A stretch of DNA of 64,000 nt, from assembly GCF_013149785.1 (NCBI RefSeq), contig NZ_JABEZU010000001.1:1426001-1490000 (forward strand), written 5' to 3'. The notes under the pieces are model-generated. The model saw nothing but the letters and a program-made list of their open reading frames with translations, made no database searches and was not told the DNA's origin. Below are positions 11,201 through 25,878 of the stretch, piece after piece (position 1 is the first letter of the stretch; each line of letters opens with the position of its first letter). The translations under genes were made by a program, and so were the position numbers. Origin of the DNA: Isoptericola halotolerans. Its GTDB lineage: Bacteria > Actinomycetota > Actinomycetes > Actinomycetales > Cellulomonadaceae.

Positions 11201-11539
11201 ACGGTGGTCGGCGAGGAGGCGGGCGAGGACGTCGCGGCGAGCGTGCTGCCCGGCGGCGGGTTCGTCGTCCTCGACCTGGCGCTCGACGACGCGCTGCGCG
11301 CCGAGGGCTACGCCCGCGACGTCGTGCGCGACGTGCAGGATGCCCGCAAGGCCGCCGGGCTCGAGGTGAGCGACCGCATCGCCCTCGAGCTCGACGTCCC
11401 GACCGGGCACGAGGTCGACGTGGAGGCGCACCGTGAGCTGGTGATGCGCGAGACGCTGGCCGTCGCGATGACGGTCACGGGGGTCGACGGGCAGTCCCGT
11501 GCTGTCCGCGTCACGAAGCACGAGGGGGACGACGCATGA
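8216..11539 (+). CDS. ileS: Isoleucine--tRNA ligase (IleRS2 type)
   Basis: [14 protein letters not shown] (HIGH motif), [15 protein letters not shown]-box with Ile specifier; AGGAG RBS. Confidence 0.98.
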   Translation: MAYPLHRSVPSSGSTPGEAFGIPASPRLPEIEQDVLAYWASDDTFRASVDKNDAGQDGDNEFVFYDGPPFANGLPHYGHLLTGYAKDVVPRYQTMRGKRVERRFGWDTHGLPAELEAMSQLGIKTKDEILELGISTFNDACRSSVLKYTSEWRDYVTRQARWVDFDHDYRTLNPDYMESVMWAFSELYRKGLVYSDFRVLPYCWNDQTPLSNHELRMDDDVYQNRQDPAVTVGFEVVSVPDGGSDAVRPGDKLLVWTTTPWTLPSNLLVMVGEDIDYVVVESTYTGEAQRYVLAEARLGHYARELTDEGADEPRVVGRLTGADLLEAVYRPPFSYYEGRERAHRVVAADFVTTTDGTGLVHSAGAFGEDDKMVCDREGVASVMPVGADGKFTHPVDEYAGLQVFDANLPIIDHLKATTRGEPDAGSVSSGTVLLRRESYDHSYPHCWRCRQPLMYMGVSSWFVEVTKIKDRMLELNEQISWTPDHIQHGQFGRWLENARDWSITRNRFWGSPVPVWQSDDPAYPRTDVYGSFAEIERDFGRLPRNAAGEPDLHRPFVDELTRPNPDDPTGRSTMRRVEDVLDVWFDSGSMPYAQVHYPFENADWFEHHYPGDFIVEYIGQTRGWFYTLHVLATALFDRPAFRTAVSHGIVLGSDGRKMSKSLRNYPDVSEVFDRDGSDAMRWFLMASPILRGGNLVVTEDGIRDAVRQVLLPLWSTYYFHTLYANSASGPDGAGYVARPVAPERVAGLPALDRYLLARTHDLVVTVTAQLDAYDISGACETVREHLDVLTNWYVRTQRTRFWAEDADAFDTLSTALEALCRVMAPLAPLLTEEIWRGLTGGRSVHLADWPTTGNSPALVRDDALVAAMDEVRAVVSTTLALRKANQLRVRQPLARLTVAVPDPAALVDYVGLLTSELNVKAVELLTADAEASERFGITERLAVNARAAGPRLGRGVQAVIKAARSGAWHKDEAGGVVVATADGEVPLLAPEYELTTVVGEEAGEDVAASVLPGGGFVVLDLALDDALRAEGYARDVVRDVQDARKAAGLEVSDRIALELDVPTGHEVDVEAHRELVMRETLAVAMTVTGVDGQSRAVRVTKHEGDDA

Positions 11540-12945
11540 GCGACGCGAAGAAGGTCAAGGCTGCCGAGCGCAAGGCCGCCCGCGAGGCGGCCGAGGACGC
11601 GGCCGCCCGCGAGGACCTGGAGCGCGTCTACGCGCACATCGTCTCCCGGGCGCCCGAGCACGACGTGTCGCCGACCATCGACCGTGTGGCCCGCCTGCTG
11701 GAGCTGCTCGGCGACCCGCAGCGGTCGTTCCGGGCCATCCACCTCACCGGCACCAACGGCAAGTCGTCGACCGCCCGGATGGCCGAGCGGCTCGTGCGCG
11801 AGCACGGGCTGCGCACCGGCCTGTTCACCTCCCCGCACCTGACGAGCGTGACCGAGCGCATCTGCGTCGACGGCGAGCCCCTGAGCGCGGCACGGTTCGT
11901 CGAGGTCTGGGAGGACGTCCACCCGTACGTCCAGGTGGTCGACGCCGAGCTCGAGGAGTCGGGGCAGTCCCGGCTGAACTTCTTCGAGGTGCTCACGGGC
12001 CTGGCGTTCGCCGCCTTCGCCGACGCGCCGGTCGACGTCGCCGTGCTGGAGGTCGGCATGGGCGGCACGTGGGACACCACCAACACCGTCGACGCCGAGG
12101 TCGCCGTGGTCACGCCGGTGAGCGTCGACCACGAGAAGTGGCTCGGGTCGACCCCTGCCCGGATCGCCGAGGTGAAGTCGGGGATCATCAAGGCGGGTGC
12201 CACGGCCGTCGTGGCCGAGCAGCTCGCGGAGGTCGACGAGGTGCTCGCCGAGCGGGCCGCGACGGTCGGCGCCCGGCTGCTGCGCGAGGGCATGGAGCTC
12301 GACGTGGCCGACCGGCAGATCGCCGTCGGGGGGCAGATGGTGGCGCTGCGCACGCCGCTGGCGACGTACACCGACGTCTTCGTGCCGCTGCACGGCGCGC
12401 ACCAGGCGCACAACGCCCTGCTGGCGCTGACGGCCGTCGAGCAGATGCTCGGCGGTCGTGCGCTGGACGGGGGAGTGGTGGAGGCGTCCTTCGCGGACGT
12501 GACGGTGCCGGGACGCCTCGAGCTGGTGCGCTCCAGCCCCACGGTGCTGGTCGACGCCGCCCACAACCCGCACGGTGCCGAGGCGCTGGTCGCGGCGTTG
12601 GGCGAGGCCTTCAGCCTGCGCTCGGTGGTCGGCGTGGTCGGTGTCATGGCCGACAAGGACGCCGAGGGCCTGCTCGCGGCGCTGGAGCCGGCGCTGTCGC
12701 ACGTGGTGCTCACGCGCAACTCCTCGGAGCGTTCGGCGGACCCGTTCGCGGTGGCCGAGACGGCCCGCGAGATCTTCGGCGAGGACCGCGTGCACACGGC
12801 TGAACGGCTCGACTCAGCCCTGCAGCTCGCGACGGACCTGGCCGAGGTGGACGACGTCGTCGGCGTCGGCACGGGCACGGGTGTCGTCGTGACGGGGTCG
12901 GTCATCACCGTCGCGGACGCCAGGGTCCTGCTCGGCCGCGGCTGA
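11536..12945 (+). CDS. folC: Folylpolyglutamate synthase/dihydrofolate synthase
   Basis: [28 protein letters not shown] motifs. Confidence 0.96.
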   Translation: MSDAKKVKAAERKAAREAAEDAAAREDLERVYAHIVSRAPEHDVSPTIDRVARLLELLGDPQRSFRAIHLTGTNGKSSTARMAERLVREHGLRTGLFTSPHLTSVTERICVDGEPLSAARFVEVWEDVHPYVQVVDAELEESGQSRLNFFEVLTGLAFAAFADAPVDVAVLEVGMGGTWDTTNTVDAEVAVVTPVSVDHEKWLGSTPARIAEVKSGIIKAGATAVVAEQLAEVDEVLAERAATVGARLLREGMELDVADRQIAVGGQMVALRTPLATYTDVFVPLHGAHQAHNALLALTAVEQMLGGRALDGGVVEASFADVTVPGRLELVRSSPTVLVDAAHNPHGAEALVAALGEAFSLRSVVGVVGVMADKDAEGLLAALEPALSHVVLTRNSSERSADPFAVAETAREIFGEDRVHTAERLDSALQLATDLAEVDDVVGVGTGTGVVVTGSVITVADARVLLGRG

Positions 12946-13026
12946 CGCCCCGGTGGCCGCGCACTCTGCGACTGACCCGCCGCGGGTGTTGGATGGTCCC
13001 AGGGACGACCGAAGGGGATGGTCCGA

Positions 13027-14022
13027 GTGAAGAAGCTGCTGGACGACCCGGCACAAGCCGTGACGGACTCCTTGCGCGGGTTCGCGCAGGCGCACGCCGA
13101 CGAGGTGACGCTCCACGAGGACCCGACCTTCGTGGTGCGCGCCTCGGGCACGCCACCGGGCCAGGTGGCGGTGATCAGCGGCGGGGGCTCGGGGCACGAG
13201 CCGCTGCACGCCGGGTTCGTCGGGGCGGGGATGCTGGACGCGGCGGTCCCGGGAGCGGTGTTCACGTCGCCGACGGCGGACCAGGTGGCCGCCGCGATCG
13301 TCGCGGCGGACGGCGGCGCGGGTGTGCTCGCGGTGGTGAAGAACTACACCGGTGACGTGCTCAACTTCGAGACCGGTATCGAGCTGGCGCAGGCCGAGGG
13401 CGTCGAGGTGAGCAGCGTCGTCGTCAACGACGACGTCGCCGTGGAGGACTCGCTGTACACCGCCGGCCGGCGCGGCGTGGCGGGCACCCTCGCCGTGGAG
13501 AAGATCGCCGGTGCGGCGGCCGCACGGGGTGACGACCTGGCCACCGTGACGGCGCTGGCGGAGCGGGTCGTGTCCCGCGTGCGGTCGATGGGGGTGGCGC
13601 TGAGCGCCTGCACGGTCCCGCACGTGGGGCGGCCGAGCTTCGACCTGGCCGACGACGAGGTCGAGGTGGGCATCGGCATCCACGGCGAGCCCGGTCGGCA
13701 CCGGGTGCAGGCGTCGGGCGCCCTCGACATCACGCGGAGGCTGGTCGAACCGGTGGTGGAGGACCTGGACCTCGCAGCGGGCGAGAAGGTGCTGCTCTTC
13801 GTCAACGGCATGGGCGGCACTCCGTCGAGCGAGCTGTACGTCGTGTACGCCCGTGCCCGTGACCTGCTCGTCGAGCGCGGCGTCGAGGTCACGCGCTCGC
13901 TGGTCGGCAGCTACGTGACGTCGCTGGAGATGCAGGGGGCGTCGGTCACCGTCCTGCGTCTCGACGAGGAGCTGACCGCGCTGTGGGACGCTCCGGTCCG
14001 GACGACGGCGCTACGCTGGTGA
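13027..14022 (+). CDS. dhaK: Dihydroxyacetone kinase subunit K
   Basis: SGGGSGHEP, KNYTGD, GIHGEPG motifs (alternative start ATG 13018). Confidence 0.95.
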   Translation: MKKLLDDPAQAVTDSLRGFAQAHADEVTLHEDPTFVVRASGTPPGQVAVISGGGSGHEPLHAGFVGAGMLDAAVPGAVFTSPTADQVAAAIVAADGGAGVLAVVKNYTGDVLNFETGIELAQAEGVEVSSVVVNDDVAVEDSLYTAGRRGVAGTLAVEKIAGAAAARGDDLATVTALAERVVSRVRSMGVALSACTVPHVGRPSFDLADDEVEVGIGIHGEPGRHRVQASGALDITRRLVEPVVEDLDLAAGEKVLLFVNGMGGTPSSELYVVYARARDLLVERGVEVTRSLVGSYVTSLEMQGASVTVLRLDEELTALWDAPVRTTALRW

Positions 14023-14669
14023 GCGTGCTGGACGTCGACTGGGCCGAACGCTGGATGCACACCGCCGCCGCGGACGTCGCGGCAGCGCGGGACGATCTGA
14101 CGGAGCTGGACCGCCTCATCGGCGACGGCGACCACGGCGTCAACCTCGACCGCGGGCTGCGGGCTGTGGCCGAGCGCCTGGGCGACCCGGCCATCGCGCC
14201 GCGCGAGACGGTGGGGCAGGTGCTGCGGCTGGCGGCCACGACCCTGATGTCGACGGTCGGCGGCGCCGCGGGACCGCTGTACGGCACGGCGCTGCTGCGC
14301 GCGTCCAAGGTGACCGACCGGGCCGTGCTCGACGCCTCGGGCGTCGTCGCTCTGCTGGACGCCGCGCTCGAGGGCATCGTGGCCCGCGGCAAGGCGGCGT
14401 CGGGGGAGAAGACCATGGTGGACGCCTGGCAGCCCGCTGCCGAGGCCGCCGAGCGGGTGGCGGGCACCACCGACGACGTCGGGGACACGTGGCGTGCGGC
14501 CGCGGACGCCGCGGAGGCCGGCGCGCGGGCGACGATCCCGTGGGTGGCGACCAAGGGCAGGGCCTCGTACCTCGGCGAGCGCAGCGCGGGCACCGAGGAC
14601 CCGGGCGCCCGCTCGACGGCGATCGTGCTGGCGGCCGCCGTCAGGGCCCTGCAGGGGCCTGGCGCGTGA
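14019..14669 (+). CDS. dhaL: Dihydroxyacetone kinase ADP-binding subunit L
   Basis: LD..IGDGDHG, GEKTMVD, ATKGRASYLGERS.G..DPG. Confidence 0.95.
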   Translation: MSVLDVDWAERWMHTAAADVAAARDDLTELDRLIGDGDHGVNLDRGLRAVAERLGDPAIAPRETVGQVLRLAATTLMSTVGGAAGPLYGTALLRASKVTDRAVLDASGVVALLDAALEGIVARGKAASGEKTMVDAWQPAAEAAERVAGTTDDVGDTWRAAADAAEAGARATIPWVATKGRASYLGERSAGTEDPGARSTAIVLAAAVRALQGPGA

Positions 14670-15436
14670 GCGTCGGCCTCGTCCTCGTCTCGCACTCGGC
14701 GCGGCTGGCCGACGGCGTGGCCGAGCTCGCCGGCCAGATGGCGCCGGACGTCGTGGTCCGGTGCGCGGCCGGTGACCTTGACGGTGGGCTGGGTACCTCC
14801 CTGGATCGTGTGCAGGAGGCGCTGGCGGCAGCGTTGGAGAGTGCTGACGCGGTGGTGGTGCTGGCGGATCTCGGCTCGGCGGTGCTCACGGTGGAGTCGG
14901 CGTTCGAGCTCGACGCCGACCTGCCCTCGCGCAGCCGGCTGGTCTCCGCGCCGTTCGTCGAGGGGGCCGTCGCGGCGGCGGTGACCGCGCAGCAGGGCGC
15001 GGATCTCGAGGCGGTGGCCGAGGCGGCCGAGCGCGCGGTGCGGTCCATCGGTCCGGACCCGGTGTGGCAGGTCGTCGAGGCGGACACGGCGGCGACGGGC
15101 GACAGCCCCGCGATCGCCGCGACGCGCGCGGCGGGCGAGGCCGTGCCCGCGCCGGGCCCGCCGGCGTCGGGCGCCGTGGACGAGGTGAGCGCGACCGTCA
15201 CCGTGCGCAACCCGCTGGGCCTGCACGCCCGTCCGGCCGCCGTCGTCGCCCGCGCGGTGGCGGACCTCGGCGCGCCGGTGACGGTGAACGGTGCGGACGC
15301 CACGAGCGTGCTGCAGCTCATGTCCCTCGGGACCGTGGCGGGCGACGTGGTGACCGTCACCTCACGGGGCCAGCAGGCGCAGGCCGCGGTCGCCGTCGTC
15401 GTGGGGCTGGTGGAGGGCGGGTTCGGCGAGGCGTGA
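14666..15436 (+). CDS. dhaM: Dihydroxyacetone kinase phosphotransfer subunit (EIIA-Man + HPr fusion)
   Basis: N-terminal 'GLVLVSHS', 'DLGSA'; C-terminal HPr motif 'NPLGLHARPAA'. Confidence 0.9.
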   Translation: MSVGLVLVSHSARLADGVAELAGQMAPDVVVRCAAGDLDGGLGTSLDRVQEALAAALESADAVVVLADLGSAVLTVESAFELDADLPSRSRLVSAPFVEGAVAAAVTAQQGADLEAVAEAAERAVRSIGPDPVWQVVEADTAATGDSPAIAATRAAGEAVPAPGPPASGAVDEVSATVTVRNPLGLHARPAAVVARAVADLGAPVTVNGADATSVLQLMSLGTVAGDVVTVTSRGQQAQAAVAVVVGLVEGGFGEA

Positions 15437-15453
15437 CGTAGGTCACCCAAATC

Positions 15454-15485
15454 TTGCATTGACTGCAAAGTTGCACACGCTGCAA
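15454..15485. promoter_or_regulatory. Tandem TetR operator sites
   Basis: Two palindromes TTGCA-N5-TGCAA (15454-15468, 15471-15485) overlapping a TTGACT -35, immediately upstream of tetR. Confidence 0.75.
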
Positions 15486-15494
15486 ACTTTTCCC

Positions 15495-18299
<2,805 letters not shown>

Positions 18300-18322
18300 G
18301 CCGTCCGGATAGGGTTTGCGGC

Positions 18323-18763
18323 ATGACCGACGCAACCACTCCTGCACCTGAGCGCACCCTCGTCCTCGTCAAGCCCGACGGTGTCCGTCGCGGTCTGTCC
18401 GGCGAGATCCTGCGGCGGATCGAGGCCAAGGGGTACACCCTGACGGCCGTCGAGCTGAAGAACGCCACCCCCGACGTCCTGGCCCAGCACTATGCCGAGC
18501 ACGAGGGCAAGCCGTTCTACGCACCGCTCGTGGAGTTCATGCTCTCCGGTCCCGTCCTCGCGGTCGTGGCCGAGGGGCAGGGCGTCATCGCGGGCTTCCG
18601 CTCGCTCGCCGGTGCCACGGACCCGACGGCGGCCGCCCCGGGGACGATCCGCGGCGACCTGGGCCGGGACTGGGGGCTGAAGGTCCAGCAGAACCTGGTG
18701 CACGGATCGGACTCACCGGAGTCCGCCGAGCGCGAGATCGGCCTCTGGTTCCCGCAGCCCTGA
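18323..18763 (+). CDS. ndk: Nucleoside-diphosphate kinase
   Basis: [27 protein letters not shown]. Confidence 0.97.
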   Translation: MTDATTPAPERTLVLVKPDGVRRGLSGEILRRIEAKGYTLTAVELKNATPDVLAQHYAEHEGKPFYAPLVEFMLSGPVLAVVAEGQGVIAGFRSLAGATDPTAAAPGTIRGDLGRDWGLKVQQNLVHGSDSPESAEREIGLWFPQP

Positions 18764-18771
18764 CGACCACC

Positions 18772-18851
18772 GAGTGTTGTGGGCGCGATTTCTGGCCCGG
18801 TATGTCGCTTGAGCGCTGATATCCGGGCCAGAAATCGCGCCCACAACACTC
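18772..18851. repeat. 29-bp perfect inverted repeat (REP/MITE-like hairpin)
   Basis: gagtgttgtgggcgcgatttctggcccgg (18772-18800) and its exact reverse complement (18823-18851), 22-nt spacer. Confidence 0.85.
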
Positions 18852-18924
18852 CGACCGGGTCGGGGGCGGGCGACGCCGGGGCAGATGCGCTGGTTCCCGG
18901 CCGACGGCGGATACCCTCGGCCAT

Positions 18925-21900
18925 GTGCACCTCAAGACGCTGACGCTCCGAGGCTTCAAGTCGTTCGCCTCGGCGACGACGCTGAGCCTGGAGCCCGGCA
19001 TCACGTGCGTGGTGGGCCCCAACGGCTCGGGCAAGTCGAACGTCGTCGACGCCCTGTCCTGGGTGATGGGCGAGCAGGGCGCCAAGTCGCTGCGCGGCGG
19101 GAAGATGGAGGACGTCATCTTCGCCGGCACCGCGGGCCGCCCGCCGCTGGGCCGTGCCGAGGTGTCCCTGACGATCGACAACACCGACGGCGCCCTGCCC
19201 ATCGAGTACACCGAGGTGACGATCTCGCGCACGCTGTTCCGCAGCGGCGGCTCGGAGTACGCGATCAACGGCAGCTCGTGCCGCCTGCTGGACATCCAGG
19301 AGCTCCTCAGCGACTCCGGGATCGGACGCGAGATGCACGTCGTGGTGGGCCAGGGGCAGCTCGACCAGGTGCTGCGTGCGACGCCCGAGGACCGTCGAGG
19401 CTTCATCGAGGAGGCTGCCGGCGTCCTCAAGCACCGCAAGCGCAAGGAGAAGGCGCTCCGCAAGCTGGAGGCGATGGCCGGCAACCTCGCCCGGCTGACG
19501 GACCTGACCGCCGAGCTGCGCCGCCAGCTGGGACCGCTCGGGCGGCAGGCGGAGGCCGCGCGCAGGGCGCGCACCGTGCAGTCCGACCTGCGCGACGCTC
19601 GCGCTCGGCTGCTCGCCGACGACCTCGCCCAGCTGGGTGCCCAGCTCGAGCAGGAGCGTGCGGACGAGGCCGCCGTCGCCCGGCGTCGCCAGGAGACCGA
19701 GAAGGAGCTCGACGAAGCCCGGCAGCGCCTCGCGCGGCTCGAGGCCGCCGCCGCGTCGTCGACGCAGGCCGCCTCCCGGGCCACGGACACGTTCCACGCG
19801 CTCGGGGCCGTCCGGGAGCGGCTGCGCGGCCTGGCCTCCCTCGCCGACGAGCGGGTCCGGCTCCTCGGCACGGCCGAGCCCGAGCACCGCGGCCAGGACC
19901 CGGACGAGCTCGAGGCGCAGGCCGAGCGGGCCCGGACCTCCGAGGCCGAGCTCCAGCGAGAGGTGGAGATCGCGCGGGGCACGCTGGAGGAGGCCGTCGG
20001 GGCCCGCACCCGCACCGAGGAGGCGGCCGCCGACGCCGAGAAGGAGCTCGCCACGATCCTGCGGGGTGCCGCGGACCGTCGGGAGGGACTGGCCCGGCTG
20101 TCGGGACAGGTCGCCGCGCGGCGCAGCCGCGTCGAGGCCGCCGACGCCGAGATCGAGCGGGTGCGGGCCGGGCTCGCCGAGGCGGAGCACCGGGCCGAGG
20201 ACGCCGAGCGCCGCTTCGTCGAGCTGGAGCGTGAGGTGCTGGGGGCCGAGGCCGGCGAGGAGGGGCTCGACGCCGAGCACGAGAAGGCCGTGGAGGACCT
20301 CGCCCGCGCGCGCGAAGCGGTCGACGTGCTCGAGGAGCAGGCGTCCACGGCCGAGACGGACCGCTCGACCTGGGCCGCGCGGGTCGAGACCCTCAGCCTG
20401 AGCCTCGACCGCAAGGACGGTGCGGGAGCGCTGCTCGCCGCCGACCCGGCCGGCGTCCTGGGCTCCGTCGCGGCGCTCCTCGGCGTCGAGGCCGGCTACG
20501 AGGAGGCCGTCGCCGCCGCCCTGGGTCCGCTGGCCGACGCCGTCGCGGTCGAGAGCCTGGAGGCGGCCGTCGACGCGTTGCGGCTGCTGCGCGACGACGA
20601 CGCCGGCCGCGCGGGGCTCGTCGTCGGTGGGTCTGACGCCGGCGCGCGGCCCCGCCCCGACGTCCCCCTGCCCGAGGGGGCCCGGTACGCGGCCGACGTG
20701 GTGACGACCGCGGGTCCGGCCGCCGGAGCCCTGCGCGAGGTGCTCTGCGACGTCGTCGTGGTCGACGACCTCGCCCAGGCACGAGCTCTCGTCGCCGGGC
20801 GACCGGGGCTGGTCGCCGTCACCCGGGCCGGCGACCTGCTCGCCGCGACGCGGGCGTCCGGCGGGTCGGCCGCCGCGCCCAGCGTCCTGCACCTGACGAG
20901 CGCGCTGGACGAGGCCCGTGCCGGGCTCGACGACGCGCTCGGCCGCGGTGCACGTGCTCGCGAGGAGCTGACGGAGGCCCGTGCTCACCTCGAGACCGCG
21001 CAGGCGCGGCACGACGCCACGCTCGAGCGGCTCCACGAGTCCGACGCCGCGATGGCCGCCGTCGCCGAACGGCTCGGGACGTTGGGCGCGGCCCGCGCCA
21101 GCGCCCAGAAGGAGGCCGGGCGGCACCGGGCGGCTCTCGCCGAGGCGACAGAGCGCCGTGGGGCGGACGTCATCGAGCTCGATGAGCTCGCCCGGCGCCT
21201 GGAGGTGGCCGAGGGCCAGGACTCGGCCGACGCTGCTGAGCTCGACGCCGCCACCGCGACCCGCGCGCGGGACGCCGCCCAGGTCGAGGCGGCCCGGGCG
21301 CGCCAGGTGGAGACCGAGGCACGGCTGGCGCTGCGGACCGCCGAGGAGCGCGCCCGCGCCGTGTCCGGCCGGGCGCAGGGGCTCGCCCGGGCGGCGGCGC
21401 AGGAACGCCGGGCGCGGGAGCAGGCCGCTGCCCGGGCGGTGCGTCGGGCAGCGGAGGCCGACCGGGCGGTGGCGGTCCGCGCCGACGTGGCCACCGCGCT
21501 GGACGCCCTGGCCGTCTCTGCCCAGCGCGCAGCGGACGAGCGAGCGGCCGCCGAGGCCGAGCGGGACGCGCAGCGCAGCGAGCTGGACGCGGTACGGGCC
21601 GACGCCGACCGCCTCGCCGGCGAGCTGCGCGACCTGACCGACGTCGCGCACCGTGACGAGGTAGCCCGCGCTCAGCAGGTCGCCCGTCTGGAGCAGCTGC
21701 AGGCGCGGGCGGTCGAGGAGACCGGCACCGATCCCGAGACGCTGGTGGAGGAGTTCGGCCCGCACCGCGACGTCCCGGTGCCTCGGCCGGTGGACGCGGC
21801 CGAGGACGACCCCGACCCCGAACCGGTGCCGTACGTCCGCGCCGAGCAGGAGAAGCGCCTGGCCGCCGCCGAACGTGCGCTGAAGCGCATCGGCACCGTC

Positions 21901-22500
21901 AACCCGCTGGCCCTGGAGGAGTACGCCGCGCTGGAGGAACGGCACCGGTTCCTCACGGAGCAGCTCGCCGACCTCAAGGGCTCGCGCGAGGACCTGCTGC
22001 AGATCGTCGCCGAGATCGACGAACGCGTCCAGCAGGTCTTCGCCGAGGCGTACCAGGACACCGCGGCGCAGTTCGAGAGGGTCTTCTCCCGGCTGTTCCC
22101 CGGCGGTGAGGGGCGGCTGGTGCTCACCGAACCCGGGGACCTGCTCACCACGGGGATCGAGGTCGAGGCACGGCCCGCCGGGAAGAAGGTCAAGCGGCTG
22201 TCGCTGCTGTCCGGAGGGGAGCGGTCGCTCACGGCGGTGGCGTTCCTGGTGGCCATCTTCAAGGCCCGCCCGAGCCCCTTCTACGTCATGGACGAGGTCG
22301 AGGCAGCGCTCGACGACGTCAACCTGGGTCGCCTCCTCGAGATCTTCCGCGAGCTGCAGGAGGACTCCCAGCTCGTGGTGATCACCCATCAGAAGCGCAC
22401 GATGGAGATCGCGGACGCGCTCTACGGCGTGACGATGCGCGGTGACGGTGTGACGACCGTCATCTCGCAGAGACTGCGTGAGACGGCGGAGGTCGGGTGA
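18925..22500 (+). CDS. smc: Chromosome segregation protein SMC
   Basis: GFKSF, GPNGSGKSN, long coiled coils, LSGGE, MDEVEAALD. Confidence 0.98.
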   Translation: MHLKTLTLRGFKSFASATTLSLEPGITCVVGPNGSGKSNVVDALSWVMGEQGAKSLRGGKMEDVIFAGTAGRPPLGRAEVSLTIDNTDGALPIEYTEVTISRTLFRSGGSEYAINGSSCRLLDIQELLSDSGIGREMHVVVGQGQLDQVLRATPEDRRGFIEEAAGVLKHRKRKEKALRKLEAMAGNLARLTDLTAELRRQLGPLGRQAEAARRARTVQSDLRDARARLLADDLAQLGAQLEQERADEAAVARRRQETEKELDEARQRLARLEAAAASSTQAASRATDTFHALGAVRERLRGLASLADERVRLLGTAEPEHRGQDPDELEAQAERARTSEAELQREVEIARGTLEEAVGARTRTEEAAADAEKELATILRGAADRREGLARLSGQVAARRSRVEAADAEIERVRAGLAEAEHRAEDAERRFVELEREVLGAEAGEEGLDAEHEKAVEDLARAREAVDVLEEQASTAETDRSTWAARVETLSLSLDRKDGAGALLAADPAGVLGSVAALLGVEAGYEEAVAAALGPLADAVAVESLEAAVDALRLLRDDDAGRAGLVVGGSDAGARPRPDVPLPEGARYAADVVTTAGPAAGALREVLCDVVVVDDLAQARALVAGRPGLVAVTRAGDLLAATRASGGSAAAPSVLHLTSALDEARAGLDDALGRGARAREELTEARAHLETAQARHDATLERLHESDAAMAAVAERLGTLGAARASAQKEAGRHRAALAEATERRGADVIELDELARRLEVAEGQDSADAAELDAATATRARDAAQVEAARARQVETEARLALRTAEERARAVSGRAQGLARAAAQERRAREQAAARAVRRAAEADRAVAVRADVATALDALAVSAQRAADERAAAEAERDAQRSELDAVRADADRLAGELRDLTDVAHRDEVARAQQVARLEQLQARAVEETGTDPETLVEEFGPHRDVPVPRPVDAAEDDPDPEPVPYVRAEQEKRLAAAERALKRIGTVNPLALEEYAALEERHRFLTEQLADLKGSREDLLQIVAEIDERVQQVFAEAYQDTAAQFERVFSRLFPGGEGRLVLTEPGDLLTTGIEVEARPAGKKVKRLSLLSGGERSLTAVAFLVAIFKARPSPFYVMDEVEAALDDVNLGRLLEIFRELQEDSQLVVITHQKRTMEIADALYGVTMRGDGVTTVISQRLRETAEVG

Positions 22501-22502
22501 CA

Positions 22503-22844
22503 ATGAGCGTCATGGGCCTGGTCGTGTGGATTCTCGTGTCGCTCCTGGTGGCGGCGGCCGTCTTCCTCGTCGCCAACGTCATGGAGAAGCGTGACGACGA
22601 CGACGTCCGTGGCGTGCGCGCCTTCCTGCGCGACTTCCGTGCCGGCCTGAGCCGTCGCCGTCGCACCGCCGCCCCGAAGCCGGTCGACACCGACATGGAC
22701 GCGTTCTTCGCCGGTGCGGTGGAGGCCGCTCCCGCCTACGTCGACGCCGACGAGCTCGGTGACGTGCTGCAGCGCGCCCAGCACCGTGTGAGCACGCCGT
22801 TCCACGGGACCCCGCGCGCCGACGGCGACGCCTCGCGCGCCTGA
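22503..22844 (+). CDS. Hypothetical membrane-anchored protein
   Basis: N-terminal TM helix, host-like codon usage, fills the smc-ftsY gap. Confidence 0.65.
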   Translation: MSVMGLVVWILVSLLVAAAVFLVANVMEKRDDDDVRGVRAFLRDFRAGLSRRRRTAAPKPVDTDMDAFFAGAVEAAPAYVDADELGDVLQRAQHRVSTPFHGTPRADGDASRA

Positions 22845-22883
22845 CGTCCCCGACGGCGTCCTCGTCTGGGAGACTGGGCGACC

Positions 22884-24053
22884 GTGACTGACCTTCTCTG
22901 GCTCTGGATCGTTCTCGGTGTCCTTCTCGTCGCGGCCGCCGGGTCCGCGCTCGTCGTGCCCCGGCTGCGTCGTCGCGGCGGCTCCCGCACCTCCGGGCCC
23001 GACGGCGGCACCGCCGTCGAGCAGGAGCCGGAGCGCACCACCGACCCGGCCACCGCGCCGGGTCCGCAGGTCGTGCCGACAGCGCCCGCTCCCACCGCCC
23101 CGTCGCTCGAGACGCCGGCCCCGGTCGCCGGACGGATGGTCCGCCTGCGCGACCGGCTGGCCCGCTCCGGCTCCCCGCTCGGTGCCCGCCTGCTGACTGT
23201 CCTGTCGCGGGACCACCTCACCGAGGACGACTGGGACGAGCTGGAGGAGACCCTCCTGCTGGCCGACATCGGCGCCGGTCCCGCCGGGGAGCTCCTGGAG
23301 GCGCTGCGCACCCGGGTGCGGGTCGAGGGTGCGAAGGACGCCGCCACGGTGCGTGAGCTGCTGCGCGCCGAGCTGCTGACCGTCGTCGACCCGACCATGG
23401 ACCGCACCCTGGCGACCACGCCGCAGCAGGTCGACGGGACGACCAAGCCGGCCGTGGTGCTCGTCGTGGGCGTGAACGGCACGGGCAAGACGACCACGGT
23501 CGGCAAGCTCGCCCGGGTGCTCGTCGCCGAGGGAAGGAGCGTCGTGCTCGGCGCCGCCGACACGTTCCGTGCCGCTGCCGCCGACCAGCTCACCACGTGG
23601 GGCGCCCGCGTCGGCGTCGAGACCGTGCGCTCGGACCGGGAGGGGGCCGACCCGGCCGCGGTGGCCTTCGACGCGGTGGCGACCGGCGCACGGGACGGCG
23701 TCGACGTCGTCCTCGTCGACACCGCCGGGCGGTTGCAGAACAAGGCCGGTCTCATGGACGAGCTCGGCAAGATCACCCGGGTCATCACGCGGGAGGCTCC
23801 GCTGGGCGAGGTCCTGCTCGTCCTGGACGCCACCACGGGGCAGAACGGGATGCAGCAGGCGAAGGTCTTCGGTGAGGTCGCGGGGGTGACCGGCATCGTG
23901 CTCACGAAGCTGGACGGGACCGCCAAGGGCGGCATCGTGGTGGCCGTGCAGCGCGAGCTCGGGGTGCCCGTGAAGCTCGTCGGTCTCGGCGAGGGCCCGG
24001 ACGACCTGGCACCGTTCGACCCGGAGGACTTCGTCGACGGTCTCCTCGGCTGA
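22884..24053 (+). CDS. ftsY: Signal recognition particle receptor FtsY
   Basis: GVNGTGKTT, DTFRAAA, DTAGR, TKLDGTAKGG; N-terminal TM anchor. Confidence 0.97.
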   Translation: MTDLLWLWIVLGVLLVAAAGSALVVPRLRRRGGSRTSGPDGGTAVEQEPERTTDPATAPGPQVVPTAPAPTAPSLETPAPVAGRMVRLRDRLARSGSPLGARLLTVLSRDHLTEDDWDELEETLLLADIGAGPAGELLEALRTRVRVEGAKDAATVRELLRAELLTVVDPTMDRTLATTPQQVDGTTKPAVVLVVGVNGTGKTTTVGKLARVLVAEGRSVVLGAADTFRAAAADQLTTWGARVGVETVRSDREGADPAAVAFDAVATGARDGVDVVLVDTAGRLQNKAGLMDELGKITRVITREAPLGEVLLVLDATTGQNGMQQAKVFGEVAGVTGIVLTKLDGTAKGGIVVAVQRELGVPVKLVGLGEGPDDLAPFDPEDFVDGLLG

Positions 24054-24128
24054 ACGGACGCCCGACGCCGGTCACGTTCTGATCACGAGAAGATCACGAC
24101 AGGGTCAGATCGTCTCGCAGTCTGGACG

Positions 24129-24197
24129 GAAACCCGATGTTTACGCGGGTGAGAGGTCTGTCACACGGTTGTAACACCACCTCCGTCCGGATGAAAC
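24129..24197 (+). promoter_or_regulatory. GlnR binding sites upstream of amtB
   Basis: gTnAc-N6-GaAAc-type half-sites: GTCAC(24160)-N6-GTAAC(24171), GAAAC(24193) 22 bp further on, and GAAAC(24129)-N6-TTTAC(24140). Confidence 0.7.
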
Positions 24198-24257
24198 CCG
24201 GCGCCGCCACGGTGGGTCTCGACCGGCCACACGGGCCGGCGAGGGGAGTGACACACG

Positions 24258-25873
<1,616 letters not shown>

Positions 25874-25878
25874 CGCCG

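Noticed and set aside
8216..11539. Acquired mupirocin-resistance IleRS
   Set aside because: IleRS2 with a T-box next to folC is the normal chromosomal gene in Actinobacteria
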